The notes under the pieces are model-generated. The model was not told the DNA's origin and ran no database searches. It saw nothing but the letters and a program-made list of their open reading frames with translations. Shown piece after piece: positions 1-12,498 of a DNA stretch of 64,000 bases. Both the position numbers and the translations under genes were made by a program. Position 1 is the first letter of the stretch; each line of letters starts with the position of its first letter. Source of the stretch: Octopus sinensis (Eukaryota); contig NC_043000.1 in assembly GCF_006345805.1 (NCBI RefSeq), forward strand, positions 5,518,001 through 5,582,000, read 5' to 3'.

Positions 1-239
1 TAAGTATGGGTGAGGATCCTTGGACTGGAGAGAACTTGGTAGACGCTTCGGACTCCAAAGACCGGACGGGAACAGACGTACAAAGCAATTTTGAGTTGCT
101 TTGGCCATATACGACAAACAAGGGCGGACAAAGTATACAAATGAATGGCGGAATTAATTCGTGAAATGATATGCCGCTAGAGATTGTTTGGTGAAACAGT
201 ATGGCTGTCTCTCTGATCGTGTGTATGTACGTATGTAAC

Positions 240-292
240 TACGTCTGTATGTACGGCAGTCGTGTGTGTATATATGTATATATGTATGTATA

Positions 293-352
<60 letters not shown>

Positions 353-627
353 CATACATGTATATATATACATACATGTATATATATATACATGTATATA
401 TATATATAGAGAGAGAGAGAGAGATGTAGATATATATATACATATATATACAGTGTATATATATACTATATATATATGTGTGTGTGTATATATATATACA
501 CACACATATATATATACAGTATACATATATATATATATATATATATATTTGTGTTTATGTGTGGTGTGTGCGTGTATATATCCAAATATATGTTTTATAG
601 ATATATACATGTATATATCTATATATC

Positions 628-698
<71 letters not shown>
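240..698. repeat. Compound (TA)n/(CA)n/(GA)n microsatellite
   Basis: Dinucleotide runs seen directly; they explain the low-complexity YI/HT ORFs here. Confidence 0.95.
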
Positions 699-699
<1 letters not shown>

Positions 700-1212
700 C
701 TTTATATATAAAACTCTAGTTGTGTGAGTGTCTGTCCCCTTCGATTTAGATTCCTAACTACTCCCACATTTTGCGGTGCAGTTTAACCAAATTCGGGTAT
801 CTTATAGTCGTGATTCATATTGAGCCCGTCTGGGTATTAGCGCGTGTCTACGATGAGTCTACGATTTTAAAAATAATTTAACATCATTTTTTATTCCATT
901 TTAATGCATAATTTTTCGGGTGTCGATGGTGGCGGAGTTGGCGTCCATGGTCACACCTGCACCTGTTTGCTTCTCCACCTTCTTCCCTCCCTCGTGAAGC
1001 TGTGGGGAAGGGAGTTGTAAGGAAATCAACGTCGTAAAGCGTTGTCAAGGAGACCAGCGTTCTTTTAGAACAACGACTTCATGGCTTGAAGACACCAAAA
1101 CAGAAATGGCTAAGAAAGCCCAAATTGGCATCTATAAGGGAAGTAACTCTCTAAAAATGCTTATATAGTTATTTCCCTTACAAACCCGAGCAACGCCGGG
1201 CGATACTGCTAG
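699..1212 (+). mobile_element. Non-autonomous Helitron-like element, copy 1
   Basis: Begins A|TCTTTATATATAAAA at 699; ends with hairpin CCCG-agcaacgc-CGGG, then CTAG (1209-1212) followed by T. These are the canonical Helitron TC...CTRR termini at an A|T site. Confidence 0.8.
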
Positions 1213-1504
1213 TATAAAATAAAAGTTGTGTGGTGTCTGTCTCCTACGGTTTAGATTCCTAACTACTCCCACATTTTGCGGTGCAGTTTAACCAAAAGCG
1301 GGTATCTTATAGTCGTGATTCATATCGAGCCCTTCTGGGCATTAGCGCGCGTATACGATGAGTCTACGATTAAAAAAAAAATTACCATAATTTTTTTCCA
1401 TTTTTAATGCATTTTTTTGCTATTATATAAGGGAAGTAACTCTCTAAAAATGCTTATATAGTTATTTCCCTTATAAACCCGAGCAACGCCGGGAGATACT
1501 GCTA

Positions 1505-1505
<1 letters not shown>
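1213..1505 (+). mobile_element. Non-autonomous Helitron-like element, copy 2 (head-to-tail, internally deleted)
   Basis: Diverged repeat of about 715-910 plus 1130-1212; same hairpin and CTAG (1502-1505)|T; lacks about 915-1130 of copy 1. Confidence 0.78.
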
Positions 1506-1536
<31 letters not shown>

Positions 1537-1539
<3 letters not shown>

Positions 1540-4022
1540 CGAGGACAGGCGAGGTCCCTCCTGAACCTCATCAACACCCTGTACATGGAACAAGTAATAC
1601 TCCAACCAACCAGGGCAGGTAACACACTGGATCTCTGCTTCACAAATAATATGGATCTCAACATGGTAGAGCTGACCATGTACGGGCCAAAGGAAAGCAT
1701 GGACATGCAGCCTACAAGAAACTCTCAGAATCTTTCCAGCTTGAACTTCCATAAGGCAAACTGGAAACAAATTGAGAAAGAGATCCTCAAACAAAACTGG
1801 CCTGAATGTCTCTCCTCGCCAGACATCGACATGAACCTTCAACAATTCATGCCTGTAATGCAAGCCATATGCTACAAATGTGTCCCAGAGAGAAAGGCCA
1901 CTGTACACAAGAACAAAATCCCCAGAGAGAGGAAAATTCTAATGAGATGGCGTAAAGAAATTTCAAATCGCCTAAACAAACAAATTGAAAGCAGTGAAAA
2001 GTCCCGCCTGAAAATAAAACTGTTGGAAATTGAAAAATGTCTGCAACTCTCCCATGAAAAGGAAAGAGCAGACAAAGAAGCCTGGGCTATAGACAACATA
2101 AAATCTAACCCCAGAGCTTTCTACAGGTATGCCAAAGAAACAGCTACGGTGCACTGTAGGATAGGGCCACTCCTTGAAAAGGATGGCACACTCACAGGAA
2201 ATCCAATGAGGGTAAGTAAAATACTAAATGAGCAATTCAAGAATGTTTTCACTCCACCCCTTGGGCATTTCCAAATCAGCAATCCAACTGACTTCTTCAC
2301 CACTGCAGATATAAAATCAGAGGCAGCGATGATTGATTACATCAATATAAAGGAAGACTATGTAATAAAGGCTATAGCTAAAATGAAAACAAACTCAGCT
2401 ACCGGCCCCGATGGATTCCCGGCAATCCTTCTAAAAGTATGTAAGAGAGTCCTAGCAAGACCACTGCAGTTCCTCTTTCAGAGCTTCGTTGCAACTGGCA
2501 AACTTCCAAGAAAACTGAAGGAAGGTAAAATATGCCCTATTCATAAAGGAGGTAGCAGAGCGGAGGCCAAGAACTACAGACCTATCTCTCTGACCTCACA
2601 CACCAGCAAGGTCATGGAACGAATAGTCAGAAGGAAACTAATCACCTTCCTTGAAGAAAATGACTTTCTGCCTGACACCCAACATGGTTTCCGACCAGGA
2701 AGAAGCTGCCTAACTCAGCTCCTACAACACTATGACTGGGTGCTGAAACGACTGCTCAACCACTCAAATGTGGAAGTGATATATCTCGACTTTGCAAAGG
2801 CCTTTGATAAAGTCGATCATGGAATGATATGTCACAAACTGCGTGATCTTGGCATAGTTGGAAAATTGGGAGAATGGCTTCATGACTTTCTGAAGGATAG
2901 AAGTCAGGTGGTAGTAGCCAAATTAACATGCAAATAGTGAGCGGTGTTCCGCAGGGCACTGTTTTGGGAGCACTACTGTTCATAAAAGCCCTCTCAGTCA
3001 TGCCCTCAGCCGCGCAGAGAGCCACGATCACAAGTTATGCAGATGATACAAAAGTTTCACAGGCAATACAGAAGACACTAAGCACCTGCAATGTGAGCTG
3101 GACAAAATATACAAGTGGGCTGAAAAGAATAGCATGCAGTTCAATGCTGAAAAGATTCAAGCTTTATGCTATCAGCATGCAAAACTAAATGCAATACCCA
3201 ATGAATACACTGGATCCGGAGGAATTGCAATCCCAGAGGCACAATCAGTGCGTGACCTGGGTATTTACATGAGTGATGACGCAACCTTTCAAGTACATGT
3301 TGCTAAATTGACAATAAAATGTAGACGGCTGGCCGGATGGATTCTTAGAACCTTTAGAACAAGAGAACAAGAAACCATGATGGTCCTCTGGAGGACACTT
3401 GTCATAAGCCACTTTGACTATTGCTCTCAGATATAGTCACCAACCAGTGTCAAGTTGATCACAGAACTTGAGGCGATCCAACGAAGCTACACGAAGAAGA
3501 TAGCCTCTGTGCAGCATATAAGCTACTGGGAAAGACTCAAGAGATGAAAACTCTATTCCTTGGAGCGTAGGCGAGAAAGATATGCCATAATATACATCTG
3601 GAAGATCCTGGAAGGACTTGTCCCAAACTTTGGCATCGAGAGTTACACAAATGCCAGAACTGGGCGCCACTGCGTGGTGCCAAGGACTCCATATTTGCCA
3701 TCAAGATGTAGGACAAGATACTGTGATAGCCTAGGCTTCAGAGGCCCACAGCTCTTCAATATCCTCCCGAAGAACCTGAGGGGCCTGCATGGGGTGGATG
3801 CGGATGTCTTTAAAGTAGGACTGGATCTCTTCCTGTCAGGTGTCCCGGATGAACCAACTTCACGGCAGGAGGTGCAGATGATGGCAGCTGCATCGAACTC
3901 TCTCATGCACCAAATGGCAGTTGCTAAAAAGCATTCGTGAAGTAAAATCATGTAGCAACACCAAATGGCGATGCCCCAGCATGGCCACAGCACGTGAGCT
4001 GAAAATAGATAAAATAAAAAAA
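1537..4022 (+). mobile_element. 5'-truncated CR1-group (CR1/L2/Crack-like) LINE
   Basis: End of APE domain (QPTRAGNTLDLCFTNN), RT motifs NYRPISLTS, YLDFAKAFDKVDH, SGVPQGTVLG and YADDTK, C-terminal ERRRERYAIIYIWKIL, short 3' UTR and A-rich tail; sits in (TA)n. Confidence 0.92.
1585..3940 (+). pseudogene. Disrupted ORF2 (endonuclease end plus reverse transcriptase) of the CR1-group LINE
   Basis: ORF pieces 1585-2937, 2928-3188, 3134-3436 and 3560-3940 join through frameshifts and stops. Confidence 0.9.
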
Positions 4023-4039
4023 TATATATATATATATAT

Positions 4040-4250
4040 CGGTCTTTCAAAATGTGACCTCGTGTGTACCGTTGGCGATTTTTTTCCTCTGTCTTCCCTT
4101 CTCTGTATCTTTCCTTCTCCTATGTTTCCGACGAAGAGCTCCGCTCGAAACGTTAAACCCTCCTTCTTTCCTGAGCGTCCAATAATACTATATTTGTTCC
4201 ACGTCCTCGCGTTGTTGTGTTTTTTTTGTTTTCTCGTTTGGATTAACTTT
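4040..4250 (+). mobile_element. Short hammerhead-bearing element, family A copy 1 (Penelope-like terminus or retrozyme-like)
   Basis: Pyrimidine-rich leader, hammerhead motif, then TTCTTTCCTGAGCGTCCAATAATAC; related copies at 7860-8062 (-) and 27885-28070 (+). Confidence 0.65.
4124..4158 (+). ncRNA. Minimal type I hammerhead ribozyme motif (core variant CCGACGA)
   Basis: GTTT-CCGACGA-A-GAGC-tcc-GCTC-GAAA-CG-TT-AAAC: stem I GTTT/AAAC, stem II GAGC/GCTC, GUU cleavage triplet. Confidence 0.7.
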
Positions 4251-4261
4251 ATATATATATG

Positions 4262-4293
<32 letters not shown>

Positions 4294-4612
4294 ATATATA
4301 TAATATATATATATATATTCACATCGATACATATGTATATATATATATACATATATTTATATATATAGATATATACATACATACATATATATACATATAC
4401 ATACACACACACACACACATACACATATGTAGTTACTAACGTTAATCCAGCTTGTACACATTTATTGACGTAGCAATTGTTTAAAGCTTTACCGAATCAT
4501 TAACTCAAAGTTTCTCGGCAACATGGCCATCTATTCACTACGTACCACCACACTTTACGCGCTCGCATGCAGACATCCGACACACATACACCCACACATC
4601 CATATATGCATA

Positions 4613-4896
4613 TATATTATATTAAATTAGAGATAAAACCAGTATTAGGCAAATCATACAATGAAAAACTTAAGCCAATACATATGATTATTTAATTTAT
4701 ATTATTTAAATATATAACAAAATTATTAAAAAAATATAATTAATATAACACTACGAGTGTTTCATGGCTGTTAATTTCTTTAATAATTTTGTTATATATT
4801 TAAATAATATAAATTAAATAATCTTATGTATTGGCTTAAGTTTTTCATTGTATGATTTGCCTAATAGTGGTTTTATCTCTAATTTAATATAATATA
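4613..4896. repeat. Long near-perfect inverted repeat (arms about 123 bp, spacer 38 bp), foldback/MITE-like
   Basis: 4613-4735 matches the reverse complement of 4774-4896 with about 3 mismatches. Confidence 0.9.
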
Positions 4897-4970
4897 ATAT
4901 TTTACTATAAAATTGAATTCAATCCTAAATCTGATTTTTCCCTGTAAGTTTGGATTTATTCCCTAATATT

Positions 4971-5021
<51 letters not shown>

Positions 5022-5130
5022 TGTATCTTTGTGCATTGTATACTTGTATATATATGTGTAAATGTGCGTGTGTGCGTGCGTGTATGTGTGTGTATGTATA
5101 AACGTATATGTATGTATATATATATATATG

Positions 5131-5215
<85 letters not shown>

Positions 5216-5810
5216 GCATATATGCATATATATATGTATATGTAACTAAATGCAATTTAAAGGTCAGTTTGAAAATATGTTTCTGCATATTTCTATTAGA
5301 GTGCGAGTGTGCGTGTGTATGTGTGTTGTGCAATTGAGTGGGTGTATGTGAGTAGGAAAGATAGAGAAAGGGTAAGTATGTGTGTGTGAGTGTATTTTTA
5401 GAAAGTTCTTGTTAGAAGGTACTAGGGCATTCACAAACCAAATAGTGTACTTGATTCTTCAAGACATAGAGTTAAGTATATTGATTTATTAATACATAGG
5501 TTTACAGGTTTATAAATCTGCTTCGATCATTTTGATTTCCGTAGCAGGACTTAATGAGAGAAAAATCTGCATGTATGTAGTTGATATGGTTAAATAACAA
5601 TTAAAGAAGAAAACGAGTGAGAGAAGAGAGGTTCAAGACACAAGAAGTGACCGAGCGACGTCGTGGGTTGTAGCTAAATTTGTTGTTATGTGTTAATAAT
5701 CTTTATTTAGGAGCAAGTCTCAGTTTGTGGTTGATGTTAGAATTAATAGGCAGCGGGAAAAGAATATATTAAAGAATGATACACACACACACACACACGT
5801 ATATATAAAT

Positions 5811-5894
5811 AGGTGCAGGTGTGGCTGTGTGGTAAGAAGTTTGCTTCCCAACAATATCGTTCCGGGTCCAATCTCACTGCGTAGCGCCTTCGGC
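5811..5894 (+). mobile_element. tRNA-SINE family 1, 5' head fragment
   Basis: GTGGCTGTGTGGTAAG A-box-like head shared with full copies. Confidence 0.65.
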
Positions 5895-5952
5895 TTAGAA
5901 CTTAAAGATGGACAAAATGCTGCCAAGCATTGTACCCGGCATTGTAACGATT

Positions 5953-6185
5953 CTTATTTCTTTATTACCCACAAGGGGTTAAACATAGAGGAGACAAACA
6001 AGGAGAGAAAAAAAATGAGTCGACTACATTGACCCCAGTGCGTAACTTGTACTTAATTTATCGACCCCGAAAGGATGAAACGCAAAGTCGACTTCAGTGA
6101 AATTTGAACTCAGAATGTAACGGCTGACGAAATACCGCTAAGCATTTCGCCCGGCGTGCTAACGATTCTGCCAGCTCGCTGCCTT
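5953..6185 (-). mobile_element. tRNA-SINE family 2 (AAGGCGGCGAGCTGGCAG head)
   Basis: Matches copies at 6440, 41893 and 50128; body GCCTTTCATCCTTTCGGGGTCGATAAA resembles a Meta/MESC-type SINE domain (recalled, not searched). Confidence 0.85.
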
Positions 6186-6439
6186 ATATAACAACCAAAT
6201 AAAAATGCTTAAACACAGATGACATTGAGTGAGATTTTGAAAATCGTTAGGAGAAATATTTGGTCGGAGAATCAAAGATCATGTAAATTTTAATGAAAGT
6301 AGATAAAGGGAAGAATACGGTAGGGTCAGATAAAAATGAAATTGTATGCTGTGGTGGATATCCATTGTGTGATAATGTGGATCCAGTTCGATCAAGTAAA
6401 TTATCTGCTCCTGAATTTATGAGCAAGTGACAAGCATAT

Positions 6440-6677
6440 ATACCTATTTGTTTACTACCCACAAGGGGCTAAACACAGATAGAACAAACAAGGACAGACA
6501 AACGGATTAAGTCGATTATATCGACCCCAATGCGTAACTGGTACTTATTTAATCGACCCCGAAAGGATGAAAGGCAAAGTCGACCTCGGCGGAATTTGAA
6601 CTCAGAACGTAACGGCAAACGAAATACCGCTGAGCATTTCACCCGGCGTGCTAACGATTCTGCCAGCTCGCCGCCTT
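6440..6677 (-). mobile_element. tRNA-SINE family 2, full length
   Basis: Near-identical to 41893-42129 in reverse. Confidence 0.9.
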
Positions 6678-6928
6678 CCAGTGAGGGGCTTCTATACAGT
6701 TTCTGTCCACTCTATTCCGCTCATAAGGTACGGGGCGACCCGAAACGATAGCAAGTGACATTTATCGAAGCGGAATTGAACCCAGGGCTTCGTGGTCGTT
6801 AAGTGAACTTTAACTATTTAACCATGCAGCATTTGGCTATGTTTGTTTGATTTGTGTACATGAGAGTTAAAGTTGTGATCGCATATATTAATATACGCAT
6901 GTGTATACATTTACGTACAACACATATA

Positions 6929-7401
6929 CTCTTTACTCTTTTACTTGTTTCAGTCATTTGACTGTGGCCATGCTGGAGTACCGCCTTTTAGACGAGCAAA
7001 TCGACCCCAGGACTTATTCTTTGTAAGCTTACTACTTATTCTATCAGTCTTTTTTGCCGAACCACTAAGTTACGGGGACGTAAACACACCAGCATCGGTT
7101 GTCAAGCGATGTTGTGGTGACAAACACAGACACACAAACATATATACACACATGCATATATATTATATTATACATATATATAATATATATATATATATAT
7201 AATATATATTATATATATATTATATATACATATATACGACAGGCTTCTTTCAGTTTCTGTCTACCAAATCCGCTCACAAGGCTTTGATCGGCCCGAGGCT
7301 ATAGTAGAATACACTTGCCCAAGGTGCCACGGAATGGGACTGAACCCGGAACCATGTGGTTCGTAAGCAAGCTACTTACCACACAGCTACTCCTACGCCT
7401 A
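6929..7401 (-). mobile_element. tRNA-SINE family 1 (octopus OK/OR-like, CORE-like body), full length
   Basis: tRNA-like head, CCTTGGGCAAGTGT core-like segment, internal (TA/CA)n, tail CCAGCATGGCCACAGTCAAATGACTGAAAC. Confidence 0.9.
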
Positions 7402-7859
7402 TATATATATATATCTGTACATATATATCTGAAGAAAAAATTATTACACACGTGCATATATATAACAACGTGCATGAATTGCCTCACATGTACGCACACA
7501 GGTTTGCGTATGAGAAAGAAACCATATGTGCATGTATTGTCTCTATATGTTAGTTTCTCTCTTCCGTGTTTCTATACTAATTCCTCATGCTTAATAACTT
7601 ATTCCAGATCATACAACCATTATAATAAAAATTACTTTACAAATTTTATTCGTTTAATATTTCTATATTTTCGTATATTTTTAGATTTATGGATATTTCA
7701 TAACGTTTATATTAATTCCAGCCACAATGAAGTTAAACAATTGTCAAAGAATTTCTAAATATTTTATTCGTTCTCTTCAGAGAATTTATATATTTATATA
7801 TATTTTTTGAAAATTTAAACCGCTCAATTAGTTTTATATCCAAATATTTATTTATAGCA

Positions 7860-8062
7860 TGGAGACGAGGCAAAAAGACAAGCAGAAAATATCAGGCTTA
7901 CGGTAGAAGGAAATCGGAGAAATTAGTTGGAAAAGTTATTTACGTTTCGAGCATATGCTCTTCTTCTGAAAACATAGACAAAGTGGGAATAAAATGGTTA
8001 AAGAAAAGATAACACATATGTCTAAGGAAAGGTCATGGTATGTTGAAGTAACCGGAAGTGAA
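7860..8062 (-). mobile_element. Hammerhead-bearing element, family A copy 2
   Basis: Reverse strand 7937-7974 reads TTTT-CAGAAGA-A-GAGC-atat-GCTC-GAAA-CG-TA-AATA; same leader architecture as 4040-4250. Confidence 0.6.
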
Positions 8063-8341
8063 AGAGTTTGCCTTGGCGTATGTGAGTGCTCGTCATTGTG
8101 TTTGTATTAGACACTCACATGCTACACAACAAGTCAGGGTTCGTTTACGCCCCCAAAACCAAGCGTTTCAGTAAGAAAAGAACGGCAGGGTACGTACCAC
8201 ATTTAAAATAAGTACTGAAGATTCGATCGACTGAACCTGTCAATTCGGTTCCTCGGCCTAGACGTAGTCAAGTGACTGAAACAAGAAGAATAAAATAAAA
8301 GAATAAAGTGTGTGTGCTTGTTTATATATATAAATATATAT

Positions 8342-8378
<37 letters not shown>

Positions 8379-8554
8379 TATTTATGTATATATATACACA
8401 CACATACATGCATACATACATATATATGTTTATATATACACACATATATACATATGTATACACACACACACACACATATATATATATACATACACACGCA
8501 CATATATATACATATTTACGTATATACGTATATGTGTGTATGCATAGATATAAA

Positions 8555-8622
<68 letters not shown>

Positions 8623-9337
8623 TATATAGATACATATATATATACACAGGTGTTTATATATATATATATATGTATATTTGCACGTGGGCACACATGTGCA
8701 AATGTGCGTGCAACCCTTACGCAGTATATGCCAAGAGCTAACCTATAGCTGACCTGACTTTAGTACGAACCAACTTAAAAATAAGAGCAATAACATTTAA
8801 AACCTTCAAAACCTCAAAATGTCAGTACGAGACACGAAACTCAAGAAAAACTCTCCTCCAACCTTCTCTTACACACGCCACACACACACACACTCACACA
8901 CACACAGAAACACATAGAAACACACGTAAACACCATGAAACAACGAATGATATAGATAAATTACAGAGTCAAATATAGTATATGTATGTACAATACAAAT
9001 TTATTTATAACTACAATTATTAACCTTACCTACAAATAATATAACACTTTAACGTATATTCTATACTAACATTCTCAATTCTTAAAATAACCCTTCACAA
9101 CGAAGCAACATTAGAATAACAGCTGTTTATTTACCGTTGACTATTTTTCACATATCTGCGCATTTTAAAAGCCTCACCACATGAATCTCCGTAAGAATTT
9201 TTCATAGAATATTCCTTCTATTGAGAACCTTTATGCAAATGTTTTATTTATAGTAATTTTTTATACAAAAAATTTTTGAAAACTTTTATAGTTTTTTTTT
9301 TAATACGTTGTTATGTGTTCGTTTATATTTGGAACAC

Positions 9338-9781
9338 ATAGGCGCAGGCATGGCTGTGTGGTAAAGAGACTCGCTTCGCTATCACATGGTTCCCAATTCA
9401 GTCCCACTTGGCGGGAATGTTTTGTACTATAGCTCCGGATCGACCCATGCCTTCTGAGTGAACACGATGGAAACTGAAAGAATCCAATCGTGTATATATA
9501 TATATATATATATATATACTTTCTAATTCTTACGCTATCCTAAAACTTGATCTCGAAACGTACGTCCGTAGGTAACGTAAAATTGCATGATGGATTGCCG
9601 TCTTTCATTCTTTCTTTCTTACTGTCTGTGTTTGCCTTTCAAGTGCTGTGTTTTTACTGAGACCCCCTTTTAGTAGAAGGAATAGCTATATCTCTTTGAC
9701 TGCTATTTCTAAATTCGGTGTGTTGGTGAGGCAATTCGTTGCTAAACCCTTAATACTTAGTATTACTTATATATAATATAT

Positions 9782-9818
<37 letters not shown>

Positions 9819-10012
9819 ATATATATATATCAATGTATCTATGTGTATGTGTCATTGTGTCTGTGTTTGTCCCACACGGTGCTGGTGTGTTACGTCTCGT
9901 AAATTAGTGGCTCGGCATAAGAGGTCGATAGAATAAGTACCAGGTTTAAAAAATGAATACCGGAGTCAAACCATTCGACTATAAGACTCTAATGACTGAA
10001 GCAAGTAAAAGA
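9338..10012 (+). mobile_element. tRNA-SINE family 1, interrupted (head about 9338-9495, tail about 9850-10012)
   Basis: Head GGCGCAGGCATGGCTGTGTGGTAA and degenerate tail separated by unrelated sequence and (TA)n. Confidence 0.7.
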
Positions 10013-10020
10013 TATATATA

Positions 10021-10420
10021 CTCTTTACTCTTTTACTCTTTTACTTGTTTCAGTCATGTGACTGTGGCCATGCTGGTGCACCGCCTTTAGTCGAGGAAAT
10101 CGACCCCAGGACTTATTCTTTGTAAACCTAGTACTTATTCTATCGGTCTGTTTTACCGAACCGCTAAGTTACGGGGACGTAAACACACCAGCATCGGTTG
10201 TCAAGCGATGTTGGGGGGACAAACACAGACACACAAACATATACACACATATACATATATATATACATATATACGACGGGCTTCTTTCAGTTTCCGTCTA
10301 CCAAATCCACTCACAAAGCTTTGGTCGGCCCGAAGCCATACTAGAAGACACTTGCCCAAGGTTCCACGCAGTGGGACTGAATCCGGAACCATGTGGTTGG
10401 TAAGCAAGCTACTTACCACA
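10021..10420 (-). mobile_element. tRNA-SINE family 1
   Basis: High identity to 6929-7401. Confidence 0.9.
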
Positions 10421-10432
10421 TATATATATATA

Positions 10433-10464
10433 CTAGCTGAAGGTGACCCGCTCTACGCACGGGT
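10433..10464 (-). mobile_element. Helitron-type 3' terminus fragment
   Basis: Reverse strand: ACCCG-tgcgtagag-CGGGT-caccttcag-CTAG|T. Confidence 0.6.
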
Positions 10465-10496
10465 AAGAGTGTGGTTGTTACTTTCTGTTGCTTCCT

Positions 10497-10818
10497 TTCA
10501 GCACGTAAAAAGCACCATCCGAACGTGGCCGATTGCAGTGCCGCCTTAACTGGCTTCTTTGCCGGTGGCACATAAAAAGCATCAACCGATCGTGACCGCT
10601 GCCAGCCCCCCTGGGACCTGTGCCGGCGGCACAAAAAAGCATCCACTACGCTCAGAGAGTGGTTGGCGTTAGGAAGGGCATCCACCCGTAGAAACACTGC
10701 CAGATCAGACTGGAGCCTTGTGCAGCCTCCTGGCTTCCCAGACCCCGGTCAAACTGTCCAACCCGTGCTAGCACGGAAAACGGACGTTAAACGATGATGA
10801 TGATGATGATGATGATGA
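10497..10818 (+). mobile_element. Short non-autonomous retroelement with (GAT)n tail, probably RTE-related
   Basis: Three internal GCAC(G/A)(T/A)AAAAAGCA repeats, GTGGTTGGCGTTAGGAAGGGCATCC segment, and CGGACGTTAAAC(GAT)n end. Confidence 0.6.
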
Positions 10819-11142
10819 TTCTCCCTCTTTGTTTCTCTCTCCTTTCTCTCTCACTTTCCCCACTCTCTTACTCTTCCTTTCTCTCGGACTCTCCCTCGCT
10901 TTCTCTTACTCTCTATCTTTATCTATCTCTCTCCCATTTATAAACCACAAAAGATCTTGAGTAAGTTGAGAAATAAAATATTTAGAAAGATCAATCATAA
11001 ATATCAGGCAGTAACAACGGAAAGGTCTGCTTCAAGGCAGACAGCAAAACACTAACATTTAAAAGGGACAGACGAACTTGCGAGCTGAATAAAAATAATA
11101 AAATATTGGAAACTGAAGTTTGAAGGGATAGAATCTGAGGAT

Positions 11143-11395
11143 AGTAGAGTCACCATGGCTGGCATTTCTTAACGACGGACAGCAACGTTTTGATAGTTTA
11201 ACGGCTGGCGTAAAATTTTGAACTTGATGTAAAAGAAAATCCCTAAACACCAAGTTTTGAAGTGATTCTTTCTCACGACAGTAGACTCACCATGGCAAGC
11301 ATTCAAAACTTCTTCATTATGGACGGCACAACATTGACGATTAAAAGGCTGGCGCAAATTTTTTAGCTTGATGTAACAGAGAATTCCTAAACACC
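11143..11395. repeat. Diverged direct repeat, period about 137 bp
   Basis: AGTAGA(G/C)TCACCATGGC...GGCTGGCG...CTTGATGTAA...CCTAAACACC occurs twice (11143 and 11280). Confidence 0.75.
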
Positions 11396-11628
11396 CGCTC
11401 CTTTAAATTTTAATTCCCTTCCAGCCCCATTTAGACCCCTTTTCACATTTTGGTTAATATAACCCGATTTCATTCGGGTCTACTGGGGCCACATTTTATA
11501 AGATGAGGAATTTTGTCCTAGAGGTCACGCGTTTCATTTGAGGAAAAAAAATAGTTGTCATGCAAACTTCCCAGCACTTTTAACATAGGTCTGCATATTT
11601 TCAGCTCAACCGACCACATAATGCACAC

Positions 11629-11696
<68 letters not shown>

Positions 11697-11799
11697 GTGT
11701 GTGTGTGTGTGTGTATGTGTGTGTGTGTTGGAGTCTCTCTCATACGTGAGCGTTGACGCTGAATTCGACTGGTAAGCAGCTAACCTTGTCTTTGTTGAA

Positions 11800-12498
11800 A
11801 TAGTTGTGAGCTGCTGGAGCTATTTCTCTGACGGGTAATAGGAATTTCCATATCCTCCGAGGAAACGAACTGTTGACCCAGACAATTAGAATTAATTTTA
11901 ATAAAAGCATCAATTTTAGAAAAAATAATAAAGTAGTAAAAAATGAAAATTTAGCACTAAAAATTTGCAGTGTTCTAAATAAATGTTAAAATGTAATAGA
12001 TACGAAAAACCTACGTTATCACCAGAACACGAACGCTCGTTGGTGTGTTCTGTTTGTATATGCTCCATCGGCGCGTTGACAGGCAGACAATAGAATGCGA
12101 TGGCGACATTCATAATATTTGTTGTCATGATTGTGTGTTTGTTGTGGCGATGATAATTCTCTCTATGAATGCAGACAGATACATAAAAGAACACCGTTTG
12201 ACGAAGTGAAAGTGATGGGAATGTAGGAAATAGAGTGAGTGAAAAAGTGCTAGGAAGGGAGGAAATAGTGTGAGTGAGTGAGGAAGACAGATACATTAAA
12301 GAATGGGAGTGGACTTGTCAAAGTGGGTTTTTGGCCCTAGCAACAACACCTTTTAAGATAGGGATTTCTAACGTAGCCCACGGGCATCGTCACCTCATTT
12401 TACATGTCCCTATAAATTTTGGAGTCAATCCGACGGGATGTAGTGGCCTTGAAAGTGATTCAAGCGGTCCAAACGCATTTCAGTTTTATATATAGAGA
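11800..12498 (-). mobile_element. Non-autonomous Helitron-like element (duplicated at about 13090-13788)
   Basis: Reverse-strand 5' end A|TCTCTATATATAAAACT resembles the element at 699; 3' end is degenerate (ACGGGTAA remnant near 11831). Confidence 0.5.

Noticed and set aside
1-153. Short open frames with DWRELGRRFGL (death-domain-like) and LSCFGHI (RTE-like) peptides
   Set aside because: The motifs lie in different frames with wrong spacing, and the window edge prevents assessment.
154-727. Many long ORFs of YI, HT, VC, N, D or L runs here and throughout the window
   Set aside because: They are translations of microsatellites, not genes.
6247-6462. Minus-strand ORF with ankyrin-like LLINSGAD..D..G.T and CUB-like GYP words
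   Set aside because: The start lies inside a SINE, the motif is one residue short, and no second repeat or supporting exon was found.
9520-9566. TACG...GATCTCGAAACGTACGT, possible eighth hammerhead
   Set aside because: The CUGANGA core is missing; at best a remnant, so it was not counted.
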